Assembly (NCBI GenBank): GCA_000092065.1
Contig: CP000597.1
Direction: 5' to 3' (one strand)
DNA from: Ostreococcus lucimarinus
Taxonomy: Eukaryota
Length of the DNA stretch: 64,000 nucleotides
A program made the position numbers and the translations under genes. Numbering within the stretch: position 1 is the stretch's first letter; each line of letters begins with the position of its first letter. Of this stretch, positions 10,161-20,124 are shown piece by piece. The notes beneath the pieces were generated by a model. That model saw only the letters and a list, made by a program, of their open reading frames with translations. It was not told the DNA's origin and ran no database searches.

Positions 10161-12110
10161 ATGATGCGAGTCGTCGTCGCGCGCGCGCTCCGCGCGCACG
10201 CGCTCGAGCGCGCGCGCGGCGATCGCTCGACGAAGACCGTCGTCGTCGCGCGCGCGCTTCGTCGGCGGTCGAGCGCGATCGAGGCGACGCCGAGCGCGAG
10301 CGGTGGCGGCGGCGGCGGCGGTTGGGCGAGCGGATTGCGACGCGCCGCGGGCGACGAGCGCGACGACGACGACCGCGACGCGTACGAAGACGACGGTCGA
10401 GCTTCGCGCTCGCGCGCGAGCGCGCGCGAGGGGCGAACGAGCGCGGGAGGGTTCGGGGAAGGACGAGAGGAGTGGCGCGGACGCGGCGACGGGGACGACG
10501 GCGCGCGGCGACGACGGTCGCGACCGACGGGCGATCGAGCGCGCTCGCGCGGGAGACACGATCAGAGGCACGGCGCGCAGTCGTACGGACGAGGCGGACG
10601 AAGAGACGACGCGAGGGAGGGCGCGAGAGGGCGAGATCGGGAGGCGGCGCGGGAGGACGAGGGGCCGAAGCCGGTTCGAGCGGGACATCGGAGGTTTTAC
10701 GCGACGTGTCATCCGGGTTTGGAGGACGTCGTGGCGCGAGAGTTGGCGTCGCCGATGATAAATGCGAGTGATATCGTGATCGGGAAGTCTGGGGTGTCGT
10801 TTACGGGGACGCAAAGAGTTGGGTACGACGCGAACGTGTGGCTGCGGAGCGCGGTTCGCGTGCTCGTGGAGCTCAAGCGAGGATATTTGGATCCATACGT
10901 GAGCGGGACGCAGAGTGTGTACGAGTTCGTGAAGCACGCCGTGCCTTGGGAAGAGGTCATACCGGGAGGCGAGCGCGGAGATGGGCTGAAGTTCGGCGTG
11001 GAGACGCGCCTGTGGGACTGCTCGCAGATTACTTCGTCGCACGCCGCGAAGATTCGCGTCAAGGACGCCGTGTGCGACGCCCTCGTGGACGCCACGGGAA
11101 CGAGGCCTTCGCCGCCGGATAATTACGCCGCCGCGGATGTGCCTCTTTACGTCACCCTGTATCGCGACGAGATCATCATGTACCGCGATATGAGCGGAGA
11201 ATCGCTGCACAGACGGGGATACCGCAACGCCATGCATCGCGCGTCGCTGAGCGAAAGCGCGGCGGCGGGGATGTTAAGTTTGGCGGGATGGCCCGATATG
11301 CTCGAAGAGTGGCAACGCGACCCCGCTGGATCGCCGCCACCCGTACTCATCGATCCCATGTGCGGAAGCGGGACGTTCCTCATCGAGGGCGCGCTCATGG
11401 CGGCCAACGTCGCCCCCGGTTTGATTCGCAGCGAAACCATCGGGTACGCGTTTGAGCGATGGCCCGATCACAATCCGAGAACTTTTGAGGAGTGCTTAGA
11501 AAATGCCAGAAGAATAGGAGCAGAAACGCGCACGGCGGTACCGACGCCGCCCGTGATCATCGGGAACGATATACATCCAGGGGCGGTGACGTTGGCGGGT
11601 CAAGGATCAGAGACGGCGCGCGTGGCGGGCATGATCGACGTCTTCAGAAACGATTGCGAGATGTTCAACATCACCGCATCGAGCGCTGGGGCGAAAATCG
11701 CCCCGAACGCACCCAAACTCGTCGTGACGAACCCACCGTGGGGTAAACGAATCGGCGCGGGCGAACCCGCCGGTAGACGACGCGTGGGCCCTGGGGATTA
11801 CGACGACGAATACGGCGACGAAGACTCGTTCGATCGCGACACGACGGTTGGTTCGAACGACATCAGCGCAGAAGAAGCGCTCGAGCAGGTGTGGAATTCA
11901 TTAGGCGTATTCTTAAAGCGCGAGTGTCCCGACTCTTCGGCTTTCGTGCTCAGTGGAAACCCAGAGGTATCTCGCGCGATTCGCATGCGAGCGTCTCGTA
12001 AACACGTCGTCGGCATCGGCGGCGTCGATTGCCGGCTGCTCCGGTACGATATTTTGCCCCCCAAACCACCCGGCTACGCCCCAAGGCAGCGATTAGAGGA
12101 GCGCGATTGA
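10161..12110 (+). CDS. THUMP-domain RNA (guanine-N2) methyltransferase, UPF0020/RlmL/Trm14-like
   Basis: THUMP-like region: FYATCHPGLEDVVARELAS…GVSFTG…WLRSAVRVL. Rossmann methylase motifs follow: LIDPMCGSGTFLIEGALMA and the catalytic VVTNPPWGKRIG, an NPPW variant of NPPY. The first ~170 residues are R/G low complexity, so the true start may lie downstream near 10670. Confidence 0.7.
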   Translation: MMRVVVARALRAHALERARGDRSTKTVVVARALRRRSSAIEATPSASGGGGGGGWASGLRRAAGDERDDDDRDAYEDDGRASRSRASAREGRTSAGGFGEGREEWRGRGDGDDGARRRRSRPTGDRARSRGRHDQRHGAQSYGRGGRRDDAREGARGRDREAAREDEGPKPVRAGHRRFYATCHPGLEDVVARELASPMINASDIVIGKSGVSFTGTQRVGYDANVWLRSAVRVLVELKRGYLDPYVSGTQSVYEFVKHAVPWEEVIPGGERGDGLKFGVETRLWDCSQITSSHAAKIRVKDAVCDALVDATGTRPSPPDNYAAADVPLYVTLYRDEIIMYRDMSGESLHRRGYRNAMHRASLSESAAAGMLSLAGWPDMLEEWQRDPAGSPPPVLIDPMCGSGTFLIEGALMAANVAPGLIRSETIGYAFERWPDHNPRTFEECLENARRIGAETRTAVPTPPVIIGNDIHPGAVTLAGQGSETARVAGMIDVFRNDCEMFNITASSAGAKIAPNAPKLVVTNPPWGKRIGAGEPAGRRRVGPGDYDDEYGDEDSFDRDTTVGSNDISAEEALEQVWNSLGVFLKRECPDSSAFVLSGNPEVSRAIRMRASRKHVVGIGGVDCRLLRYDILPPKPPGYAPRQRLEERD

Positions 12111-12167
12111 ACGACGAGGCGCGAACGGTCGCAAGAATGTGTGATGTTGTAATATTTCAGCGAGCTT

Positions 12168-13007
12168 TTACTTCAAGAACGTGCACGTGATCCACATCGC
12201 GACAAAGCTGAACAACGCGAGTATCAGCTCCGGGGCCACACCCTGCGGGAACAGTGGGATGTACACCGGCACGATCGACCCCACGAGCCACGCGAGCAAA
12301 AGCGCGATGAGAGAGTCCCTAAAAGCCTTTCCGAGCGTTCCCTGACCCCCGCGCTTTTCGTTCAAAAAGTACACGCACGTCCCGAACGCGCACGCCATCT
12401 GAAACGCCGGTCCACTCGTCGCCGGCGCCGCGATCGCCCATCCAGATATGATCACATACAGCATCGTCCGTCTGATCAGCGTCTGTTGATCCGGTTTCGC
12501 GAACATCGCCTTCACCCGCTGCACCAACGGCGCGTCGTAATCGACCCCATCCTTATTCTTCTCCTTCTTCATCTTCCTAAGTCCCTTCTGCATCTTCCGC
12601 GTCGACAGTCTCTCGGATATCACCTTATCGTACGCCGCCTCGATCGCCTCCACCCCTCGTTCGTCTCCCGCGTGCTCGCGAATCAAGTAATTAAACGCGC
12701 TCGACACCTCCTCGCTCGTCGCGTCCGCGTCGATCCCTAACCTCTTGTACGGGTCCTTCTCCTTCGTCCGCGCGAACGCGTTCGTCGGCCGCTTCGCCGC
12801 CGCGCCTCGAGCGTCGCTCTCGGCGTCGCCGCGCGCGTCGAACCCGCCGTCGTCGGCGCTCGCGCCGTCCATCGCGGCGTCGGCGCGTCGGACGAGCGAA
12901 TCGCGGCGTCGCGCGCCGCCTCGCGCCTCGGCGCCTCGGCGCGCGCTCGAGAGGCGCGCGCGCGCGCGAACGGCGACGCGCGGGCGCGCGACGACGACGC
13001 GCGACAT
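12168..13007 (-). CDS. J-like-domain membrane protein, DUF3353 (CPP1/CDF1-like, chaperone-like protein of POR), chloroplast-targeted
   Basis: A J-domain-like segment, DPYKRLGIDADATSEEVSSAFNYLIREHAGDE, is followed by C-terminal transmembrane helices (…MLYVIISGWAIAAP…LLLAWLVGSIVPVYIPLF…). The N-terminal presequence is R/A-rich. Confidence 0.55.
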   Translation of the reverse strand: MSRVVVARPRVAVRARARLSSARRGAEARGGARRRDSLVRRADAAMDGASADDGGFDARGDAESDARGAAAKRPTNAFARTKEKDPYKRLGIDADATSEEVSSAFNYLIREHAGDERGVEAIEAAYDKVISERLSTRKMQKGLRKMKKEKNKDGVDYDAPLVQRVKAMFAKPDQQTLIRRTMLYVIISGWAIAAPATSGPAFQMACAFGTCVYFLNEKRGGQGTLGKAFRDSLIALLLAWLVGSIVPVYIPLFPQGVAPELILALFSFVAMWITCTFLK

Positions 13008-13393
13008 CGCGGCGCGCGCGCGTGGGAGTGCGCGCGCGCGAGCCCGGCGCGCGGCGCGAGGGCGCGCAAAGCCCTCGGAGTCCGTCCGTCGAGTCGTGAA
13101 CGGTCAATCAGTCGATCGAGGGAAATCAGAGGAGGACCGAGACGACCGAGCGACGAAGAGAGACGAAGGAGAGATGAAGAAAGAAAGATTGTTATTCGCG
13201 AGAACGTCAGAGATGGCGTCGAAACGACCGATGGCGATGGCGCGATGGCGCGACGACGATCGTCGACGCGAATCGCCGGCGGTTCCTCGCGGAACGGCGC
13301 GCGGAGGCGACGACGACGATCGTCGACGCGGAATCGACGACGATGAATGAGATGTCTTGGTACAGCGACGGTGAGGCGAGAGGGCGTCGCCGT

Positions 13394-14221
13394 TTACGCG
13401 GTGATCGCCGTGGGCATGACGCGCTTACCGATGGCGACGGCGTACTTGCCGCCGGCGACGGCGTACGGCGCGGCGACGTCGATGGCTTTGCTCACGACGG
13501 GCTGCGCCAACACGCGCTCGGCGACCGGGGTCGCCTTTTCGACGACCGCCACGACGCGCGGATTGGTGATGACCTGCTCCCACAACGACTTGACGCGAGC
13601 GAAGAGCTTATCGGAATCGAGAGCCGCGCGCGCTTGCGCGATGGCCATCTTCAACGCCGTCATCGCCTCCTCCGGGAGCTTCACCGCGCGCGTCTTCAAT
13701 TCCTCGATCGCGTGCTCAACCTTGGACAAGTACTCCGATCTCGCTTGTTTCAGCGCATCTAAGTTATCCGGATACTGTTCCTTCGCCTTGATCGCGTACG
13801 CGTACGCCGCGTTCGCCGTCTTCACCGGCGCCGAATTCTTCACGCGCGTCTCGTACGCCTCGTTCAGCACCTTCACCGCCCGGTCCACGTTCGCGTCCGC
13901 CTTCATCAGCGCCACCGGATACGTCTCACACACCTTCTTCGCCACCGGTTGTCCGTAATGCGCGATCAAGCTTTCAATCTTGGTCAACGACCCTCGCAGC
14001 GCGGTCGCGTCTCGCGCCTTTTCGTACGCCGCCGTCGCCCGCTTCGTCAACGCGTGCGTCTTCACGTACTCCAGCGACGTCTCCGTCGCGTTCACCACGA
14101 ACGCCAACTGCTTCAATTCGTTCGTCGCGGTCGTCGTTTCGCCCTTTTCGACCACCGGGGCGACCGTTTTCGGCTTGGGCATCTTTTTAATCTTTTCCAC
14201 GGACGGTTGCTCGAGGCTCAT
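13394..14221 (-). CDS. Hypothetical alanine/lysine-rich amphipathic-helix protein (possibly a lipid-droplet/plastoglobule-associated protein)
   Basis: A 275-aa ORF with markedly lower GC than its neighbours. It has repeated amphipathic segments (…AAYEKARDATALRGSLTKIESLIAHYGQPVAKKV…). No signature motif recognised. Confidence 0.5.
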   Translation of the reverse strand: MSLEQPSVEKIKKMPKPKTVAPVVEKGETTTATNELKQLAFVVNATETSLEYVKTHALTKRATAAYEKARDATALRGSLTKIESLIAHYGQPVAKKVCETYPVALMKADANVDRAVKVLNEAYETRVKNSAPVKTANAAYAYAIKAKEQYPDNLDALKQARSEYLSKVEHAIEELKTRAVKLPEEAMTALKMAIAQARAALDSDKLFARVKSLWEQVITNPRVVAVVEKATPVAERVLAQPVVSKAIDVAAPYAVAGGKYAVAIGKRVMPTAITA

Positions 14222-14447
14222 CTTTTCGTGCGCGTCGTAAAACGTCTCCTCGGGCGCGTCGTCGCGGGCGTCGATCGTCGATCGTTTGATCGTTTTCGTC
14301 TGTGCGCGCGCGTCGCGCGATTCACGGAACGGAATCGTGACGGTGCGTCGCGATGTGATGCATCAGCGGCGCGCGCGGTGCCCTCTGCCAGCGCTGGCGC
14401 CGACGCGCGCGACGGAAGGCGAAAGCGGGACGTCGATTACAACAAGA

Positions 14448-15635
14448 TCAAGACGAGAAAGAGTCGAGGTAGCCGTGTAAAGAGGTGGCGCCGCCGGTGT
14501 GCAAGAAACAGACTCGATCGCCCGGTTTGAAGACGCCGCGCGCGCAATAGTCAATCAAACCGGCGCCGGCTTTGCCGCTGTAGACGGGATCGAGGAGGAC
14601 GCCCTCCGTCGACGCGAAGAGCCTGATGGCGTCGATGGTTTGCGAGGTCGGGATGCCGTAGCCGTCGCCGACGTAATTGGTGTCGGCGACGATCTTGGAA
14701 CGCTCGATCGGACGGATGCCGAGCTCGGCGCACGTCGCGAGGGCGAGCGCGTGCACGTTGGCTTCTTGCGTCGGTTGCGGCGCGCGGACGCCGAACCCGA
14801 GCAAGGGAAGGGAAGAATCGACGGAGTGTAAGCCGACGGCGAGTCCCGCCTGCGTACCCGCGCTACCGGTGGCGTGCACGAGATGATCGAACTCGATATC
14901 CATCTCGCGCGCTTGATCCAAGAGCTCGTGCGCCGCGCGCACGTATCCCAAAGCGCCTCGCGGGCACGACCCGCCGCCTACGATGGTGTACACTTTCTCG
15001 CCTTTCGCGCGAAACTCGTCCGCCACGCGCTCAAGCTCTTCGTTCATGTTTAACCCCTGGTCACCCGGACGGTATTCTCGCGTCGCACCGAACAAATCAT
15101 CCAACAAAACGTTCCCGTTTCGCGTGTAGTTTTCGTCCTCGCGTCCCGTCCGATCCTCGAGCAAGACGTGACACTTCAATCCCAATTTCGCACACGCCGC
15201 CGCGGTTTGCCGCGCGTGATTCGATTGCGTCGCCCCTTGCGTCATCACCATCGTCGCCCCCACGGCGAGGGCTTCGGCCATGAGATACTCCAGCTTTCGC
15301 GTCTTATTCCCTCCCGTCAGCACGCCGTACGCGTCGTCCCGCTTCGCGTACACTCGCACGCCGTTCAACTTCTCGCTCAATCGCGGCAAGTACTCCAACG
15401 GCGTCGGTCCGTGCGCGAACGATTCAACTCTCGGAAACGCTTTCAACGCCTCGCGCGCGTTCACCGCCGACGTCGCGTCCAGCGCCGCGTCGTTCGCGAT
15501 CGCGCGTCGTCGCGACGCTTCGGATCCTCGCGATGTCGACCGCATCGTCTTCGACGCCGCGCTTCGGCGTCCTCCTCGCGTCGTCGCCCCGAGCGCGGGC
15601 GCGCGCGTCTTCATCGTCTTCATCGTCGTCTTCAT
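14448..15635 (-). CDS. PLP-dependent 1-aminocyclopropane-1-carboxylate deaminase/D-cysteine desulfhydrase family enzyme, with organellar presequence
   Basis: [13 protein letters not shown]…[53 protein letters not shown] carries the PLP lysine of the GGNKTRK motif. The C-terminal core matches the ACC deaminase/D-cysteine desulfhydrase fold. Confidence 0.85.
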   Translation of the reverse strand: MKTTMKTMKTRAPALGATTRGGRRSAASKTMRSTSRGSEASRRRAIANDAALDATSAVNAREALKAFPRVESFAHGPTPLEYLPRLSEKLNGVRVYAKRDDAYGVLTGGNKTRKLEYLMAEALAVGATMVMTQGATQSNHARQTAAACAKLGLKCHVLLEDRTGREDENYTRNGNVLLDDLFGATREYRPGDQGLNMNEELERVADEFRAKGEKVYTIVGGGSCPRGALGYVRAAHELLDQAREMDIEFDHLVHATGSAGTQAGLAVGLHSVDSSLPLLGFGVRAPQPTQEANVHALALATCAELGIRPIERSKIVADTNYVGDGYGIPTSQTIDAIRLFASTEGVLLDPVYSGKAGAGLIDYCARGVFKPGDRVCFLHTGGATSLHGYLDSFSS

Positions 15636-15899
15636 TCGTCTCGCGCGTCGGTCGCGTCGCGCGCGCGCGCGTGTGCGCGGTCGGCACCCGCGCGTCGGCG
15701 TCGACGCCCAACCGTCGGCGACCGACCGATTTTATCCGATCCCGACGCGAACGACAGCGCATATACGAGACGACGCGACGCTTATGTGCGAAAAGCATAC
15801 ACGCGCCGCACACGGTACGGGATTTCATACCGCGCGCGCCCGCGCGCGCGGCGCCGCGACGCGCGCGCGGCGCGACGCGACGCCTCGACGCCGACGGCG

Positions 15900-16442
15900 A
15901 TGGCGGCGACGGCGGCGACGACGACGACGTCGATGAACGCGACGTCGGCGCGCTCGAGCGCGCGCGCGACGCGCGCGCGACGCGCGGATAAAACGACCGC
16001 GCGCGCGCGCCGACGCGCCGACGACGGCGACGACGACGGACGCGCGGCGACGACGACGACGCGCGCGGCGTGCGCGGCGATCGCGGCGATGGCGATGGCG
16101 TGCTCGAGCGCGCGGGCTTACGTCCCGGGATTCTTCGCGGCGAGCGCGGAGGCGAGCGAGACGACGACGACGACCTTCGCGGGGCGGTACGCCGACCCGA
16201 AACACCCGGGGTGCCTGCGAGAGATCTCGGCCGACGGCACGGTGCGAGGCGAAGACGGCGATCCGGGGTGCGGGAAGACGACGCGGACGCGGCCGTGGAC
16301 CCTGAGCGGGGTGATCGACGTGAACGACGACTCGATATTCATCGACTTTAGCCCGAAGGGCGGACCGGCGAACTTGCTCGGCGAACGCGTCGAGGGGGGG
16401 GTGAAATTTCCCGACGGTAACGTCTGGCGCAAGCTCGAGTGA
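15900..16442 (+). CDS. Hypothetical small protein with cleavable hydrophobic N-terminal region
   Basis: It lies inside the long track ORF 15168..16442; the 5' part of that ORF is antisense to the deaminase gene and is discounted. From the ATG at 15900 it reads MAATAATTTT…AAIAAMAMACSSARAYVPGFF…PKHPGCLREISADGTVRGEDGDPGCGKTTRTRPWTLSGVIDVNDDSIFIDFSPKGG…. Confidence 0.4.
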   Translation: MAATAATTTTSMNATSARSSARATRARRADKTTARARRRADDGDDDGRAATTTTRAACAAIAAMAMACSSARAYVPGFFAASAEASETTTTTFAGRYADPKHPGCLREISADGTVRGEDGDPGCGKTTRTRPWTLSGVIDVNDDSIFIDFSPKGGPANLLGERVEGGVKFPDGNVWRKLE

Positions 16443-16642
16443 GGGCTCGGACGATCGGATTGGGACTCGGAACGACGCGCGCGCGCGTCGTTTTCGCGTC
16501 GTTCGCGCGTTCGTTGTCGCACATTTTTCTCGCTCGCGCGTCGTTCTTGTAATGCGCCGACGCGACGCCTCGCCGCGTAACGCGACGCTCGAACGACGCG
16601 CGTCGATACGCGAGTCGCGCGCCCGGACGCGCGATCGCGAGT

Positions 16643-17032
16643 ATGGTCTTCTCCACCGTCGCGTCCGTCGCGAGGCGCGCGATGACGTCCGCGCTCGCCG
16701 GGACGTCGAAAACGGCGCCGAGTGCGATCGCCGCCCCGTTCGCGCTCGCGAGCGCGAGCGCGCTCGCGAACGCGCGTCAGCCGTCGATCGCGACGCGGCC
16801 GATGATCACCATCCCAGTCGAGCGTGGGGACGCCGAACGGGCGTATAAACGACTGCGGAGGATCATGATGAGCGAAGGGATTTATAAAGATTTGCGCGCG
16901 AGCACCGAGGGGCATCGAAAGCCGTCGCAGTTGCGCGTGTTGGCGCGGAAAGAGCGCGAACGGCGGACGAAGCGGAGCAAGTTGAACTCTAAGCTCGGAT
17001 GGATCATGCGTCAGAAGGAGCGTGGGTTTTAG
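16643..17032 (+). CDS. Organellar ribosomal protein bS21 (S21) with N-terminal transit peptide
   Basis: The C-terminal half, ERAYKRLRRIMMSEGIYKDLRASTEGHRKPSQLRVLARKERERRTKRSKL, matches the bS21 pattern (…ALRRFKR…G…E.RRR.YEKPS..RKR….A.KR..K…). The overlapping minus ORF 16118..17155 is antisense noise. Confidence 0.7.
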   Translation: MVFSTVASVARRAMTSALAGTSKTAPSAIAAPFALASASALANARQPSIATRPMITIPVERGDAERAYKRLRRIMMSEGIYKDLRASTEGHRKPSQLRVLARKERERRTKRSKLNSKLGWIMRQKERGF

Positions 17033-17193
17033 GAGGTTGGTCATCGTCGACGAAGCGGCGGCGGCGGCTTTGCGAGGTTTTACTTTAGCGTTAGAGTTGT
17101 TTTGTGACGACGGATGGTTCAGGATTGTGAATGAAAATAAGCGTCTGGGCAACAATTACACCACCAACTACACACGGTAAAGCTACATCGAAT

Positions 17194-17598
17194 CTAATCC
17201 TCGCACGCCGGGTCTTTCGCCATCTCGCTGCCCGGCGCGAAGAGCACCGCGCTCTTGTCCACGATGCCGACCAACAATCCCTCGAATCCACTCGTCTCTT
17301 TCTTCGTCGTGAACACGCTGGCGGATGAATTCTCGCTGATATCGTCCCCATCCGCGGCCATGGCGTCGCACTCATCGCTACAAGCGTCCGCACAGTACCC
17401 GTCGCTGCCGGGCGCGATGCGCAGGCACTCCTTCACGCACTTGCTCTGACAAAACTGCGTGTCCGCCGCGGCCACGCTCGCGCCGACGTTCGTCGCCGAG
17501 ACGGCGGCGAACACCATCGCCGACACGGCGAACGCAAATCGTCGCTCGCGCGCGGTATCGGTCGAGGCGGACGACCGGGACACGGCGGAGGGAGTCAT
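17194..17598 (-). CDS. Hypothetical small cysteine-rich protein with signal-peptide-like N-terminus
   Basis: MTPSAVSRSS…FAFAVSAMVFAAVSATNVGASVAAADTQFCQSKCVKECLRIAPGSDGYCADACSDECDAMAADGDD…. Short and low-complexity. Confidence 0.35.
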   Translation of the reverse strand: MTPSAVSRSSASTDTARERRFAFAVSAMVFAAVSATNVGASVAAADTQFCQSKCVKECLRIAPGSDGYCADACSDECDAMAADGDDISENSSASVFTTKKETSGFEGLLVGIVDKSAVLFAPGSEMAKDPACED

Positions 17599-17894
17599 CC
17601 TATCCACTCGAGAAGCGCGACTTTGGCGTTCGTTCGCTCGGCGCGGCGTCGCCGGGAGCGTCGGTCGGCGGGTGGTGTGGGCGAGCGTCATTACACACGC
17701 CGTGCTCGCGCGTTCAAGGGCGACGAAGGCGTCGGGAAGTGAGGTAAACAAAATTTTGTTGTTGGAAGTTTACATGAGGTGTCCGAAGTATTAATTTCTA
17801 GAACTGTCGAGAGAGACGGACGCTCTCGGCGGTGGGGTTTCTATTCGAGCGATCATCGATTGGTTATCCTGAACGCGTCACGTCACTTAACATC

Positions 17895-19607
17895 CTATTT
17901 CCTGCCGTGCTCGAAGGTGAAGCGCTCGCCGACGCCGCCCGAGACCTCTCGCGCGTTCATCGCGTCCACGCTGCTCATATCCGGGATGCTCGATAGACGT
18001 TTTGCTTTTGGCTCTTGGAGGGACTTCCGATGGTTTTCCGCAGCGACTGACTTCGTGGACAAAGGGAAGAAAAACGGATGCGCCAATGCCTGCTCCGGGG
18101 TGATGCGCTTACTGGCGTCGAGGGTGACCATTCGAGAAATCAGCGCAAGTAAGACTTCGTGCTCTTCATCGAATCTACCGTCTTCTCTCGACATCCCCGC
18201 CGCGGCGTGCATCTTTTCCCTATGCTCTACGGATTCCATAGGATCATCGACATCGTCCATCGCGGCTTGTGCTTGCGCCGACACCGAACCGCGCTTGGCG
18301 AGTTCGTCATACAAAACCTTGGCCAGCGGTCGCGAACCGGGCGCGGGGACAGAGGAGTCGGATTTCTGCGCCGCGCGCAGCGCCTCTGGTGAAGGTTCTA
18401 TACCACCATCCTCGTCAAAATATCTCGCCCGGTACTCGGTAGGAATCCTGTCGAACATCGATCGCGGTACTCGCCCTAAAGTCGCCTCGATTCGACACAA
18501 TTGATCGTGCTCGCTCCAACCCGTAAAGAGCGGCTTGCCGGTGCGAAGTTCGTACATCATGCACCCGGCGCTCCACATATCGATCGCAGGACCGTACTGC
18601 ATTCCTAGCATAACTTCTGGTGCGCGATAAAATCTTGACTGCACGTATGAAAACTGTTGCTTGCCACACTTGCACGCGCTACCGAAATCGATGAGCTTCA
18701 CCGCGCTTCGCTCTGGGTGACAGAGCAACACGTTTTCAGGCTTGATGTCGCAGTGAATGATGCCGAGCGATTTCGTGTACTCTAGCGCGCGCATGATTTG
18801 AATCGCAAACTTTCGCACGAGCTTGATCGAAACTCCGCTGAGGTTGGTGACGCGAAGCAAGTCGTACAGGGAGTGTGACATGATTTCAAACACCAAGCAC
18901 TGGTAGCCCCCGCCGAGTTTTTCCGTCTGGTGCATAAAGACGTCCAGCAAGCGCACACACGCGTCTTTTCCCGGCAAATTCATCGCGTGAACGTCTTCGA
19001 GTGACATTTCCAGCTTTTCGTCCACTGATTCTCCGCCAGTCTCTCGCAAAAACGCAATCTCCTGAGCCACCGCGGCGTCGGCGCGCTGCGAACGTTCGAT
19101 CACCTTGATGGCTACGTGTTTGTCCTCCGCCAAATCGTACGCCAAGACGACTTTCCCGAACGACCCGCGTCCTAAAACTTTATCTAATAAGTACCTATCG
19201 TGCACCACCTCTCTCGAATTCCCCGCCGGTCGCTTCGTCGGCGACACCCACGGCTCGGTGGCTGAAGTCTCGCTCACGCGCACGCCCTCGCGCGACGGAC
19301 TCGACGGCGGCGATACCTCGTGACTCAACCGTCTTCGCGCCTCTAACGCATCGTAGTAGTTGCTATTGATCGACATATAAGTCGTCGTGAGCCCAACCGT
19401 GAGCGCTCGCGCTGGATTCACGTTTTGCGTAAACGTCTCTCCCGAAAGCAATCGCGCCTCGCCGCCCCCCTTCCCCTCGTCCCGTCGCGTCGTCGTCTCC
19501 CGCGCCGTCGTCGACCGCTCGCCCGTCGCAAAACTCACGCTCGCCCTTCCCTCGAGATCCATCGCCTCCGCCGCGCGCTCGACGCTCGCATCGGTGAACC
19601 GCGTCAT
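17895..19607 (-). CDS. DYRK-family dual-specificity protein kinase
   Basis: VLGRGSFGKVV, AIKVI, HCDIKPENVLL, DFGSA and the DYRK activation loop YVQSRFYRAPEV are all present. The track start at 19850 is GTG; the first ATG is at 19607. Confidence 0.85.
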   Translation of the reverse strand: MTRFTDASVERAAEAMDLEGRASVSFATGERSTTARETTTRRDEGKGGGEARLLSGETFTQNVNPARALTVGLTTTYMSINSNYYDALEARRRLSHEVSPPSSPSREGVRVSETSATEPWVSPTKRPAGNSREVVHDRYLLDKVLGRGSFGKVVLAYDLAEDKHVAIKVIERSQRADAAVAQEIAFLRETGGESVDEKLEMSLEDVHAMNLPGKDACVRLLDVFMHQTEKLGGGYQCLVFEIMSHSLYDLLRVTNLSGVSIKLVRKFAIQIMRALEYTKSLGIIHCDIKPENVLLCHPERSAVKLIDFGSACKCGKQQFSYVQSRFYRAPEVMLGMQYGPAIDMWSAGCMMYELRTGKPLFTGWSEHDQLCRIEATLGRVPRSMFDRIPTEYRARYFDEDGGIEPSPEALRAAQKSDSSVPAPGSRPLAKVLYDELAKRGSVSAQAQAAMDDVDDPMESVEHREKMHAAAGMSREDGRFDEEHEVLLALISRMVTLDASKRITPEQALAHPFFFPLSTKSVAAENHRKSLQEPKAKRLSSIPDMSSVDAMNAREVSGGVGERFTFEHGRK

Positions 19608-20073
19608 GCGGAACGTCTCGACAATCAACGACTGAATGCTCGCGAATGTGCGCTCGAATGCCCCCTCGTCGTTCGCGTCGTCGCGACTCCCGCCGCGTTT
19701 TCGCGCGCGCGCGCCTCCTCGCGCCGTCGCTCGCGCGCTCCCGCGCGCCGATCCGACGACGCGCGTCGACGCGCGCGGCGCGCTCTCGCGTCCGCGCGAC
19801 GCGGGACGCCGACGTGGCGTGCGACCGACCGCGCGCGCGATGAAGATCACGTAGAAAGCGTGCGGTTTTGTTAGAAATCTGAAGAGTAAAGTATGAAGTA
19901 TAGCTTCCCCTAGTTAACCTACAGGGACTCATTGACGAGTTAACACTCATGAATCAACTAATCAATCATACTAGCTCGCAGGTTTCGCCGATGTGAAGTT
20001 TTATGATTCACGAAAAAGTCGGACAAAAGATTCGTTCCCGCGCATTTTCGCGACTCGAGGGGTGACTAAGGCT

Positions 20074-20124
20074 GGCTATCGGCTATCGGCTATCGGCTAT
20101 CGGCTATCGGCTATTGGCTGTGGC
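20074..20124. repeat. Heptanucleotide microsatellite (GGCTATC)x7
   Basis: The repeat reads gctggctatcggctatcggctatcggctatcggctatcggctattggctg. It lies between the DYRK promoter and the 3' end of the next gene. Confidence 0.8.

Noticed and set aside
10095-11237. 380-aa minus-strand ORF and other long R/A/P-rich ORFs opposite annotated genes (e.g. 21192..22757, 28455..30639, 44162..45403, 45971..46972, 48681..49826, 53036..54208)
   Set aside because: They are low-complexity Arg/Ala/Pro-rich translations typical of the non-coding frames of GC3-biased genes. Each overlaps a gene with a recognisable domain on the other strand.
15168-15899. 5' two-thirds of plus ORF 15168..16442
   Set aside because: It overlaps the well-supported ACC-deaminase-family gene on the opposite strand and is R/H/P-rich low complexity. 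Only the 3' part from the ATG at 15900 was kept, as a low-confidence gene.
16118-17155. 345-aa minus-strand ORF
   Set aside because: It is antisense to the bS21 ribosomal protein gene (16643..17032), which has a recognisable conserved domain. In this GC-rich DNA, stop-free antisense frames are common.
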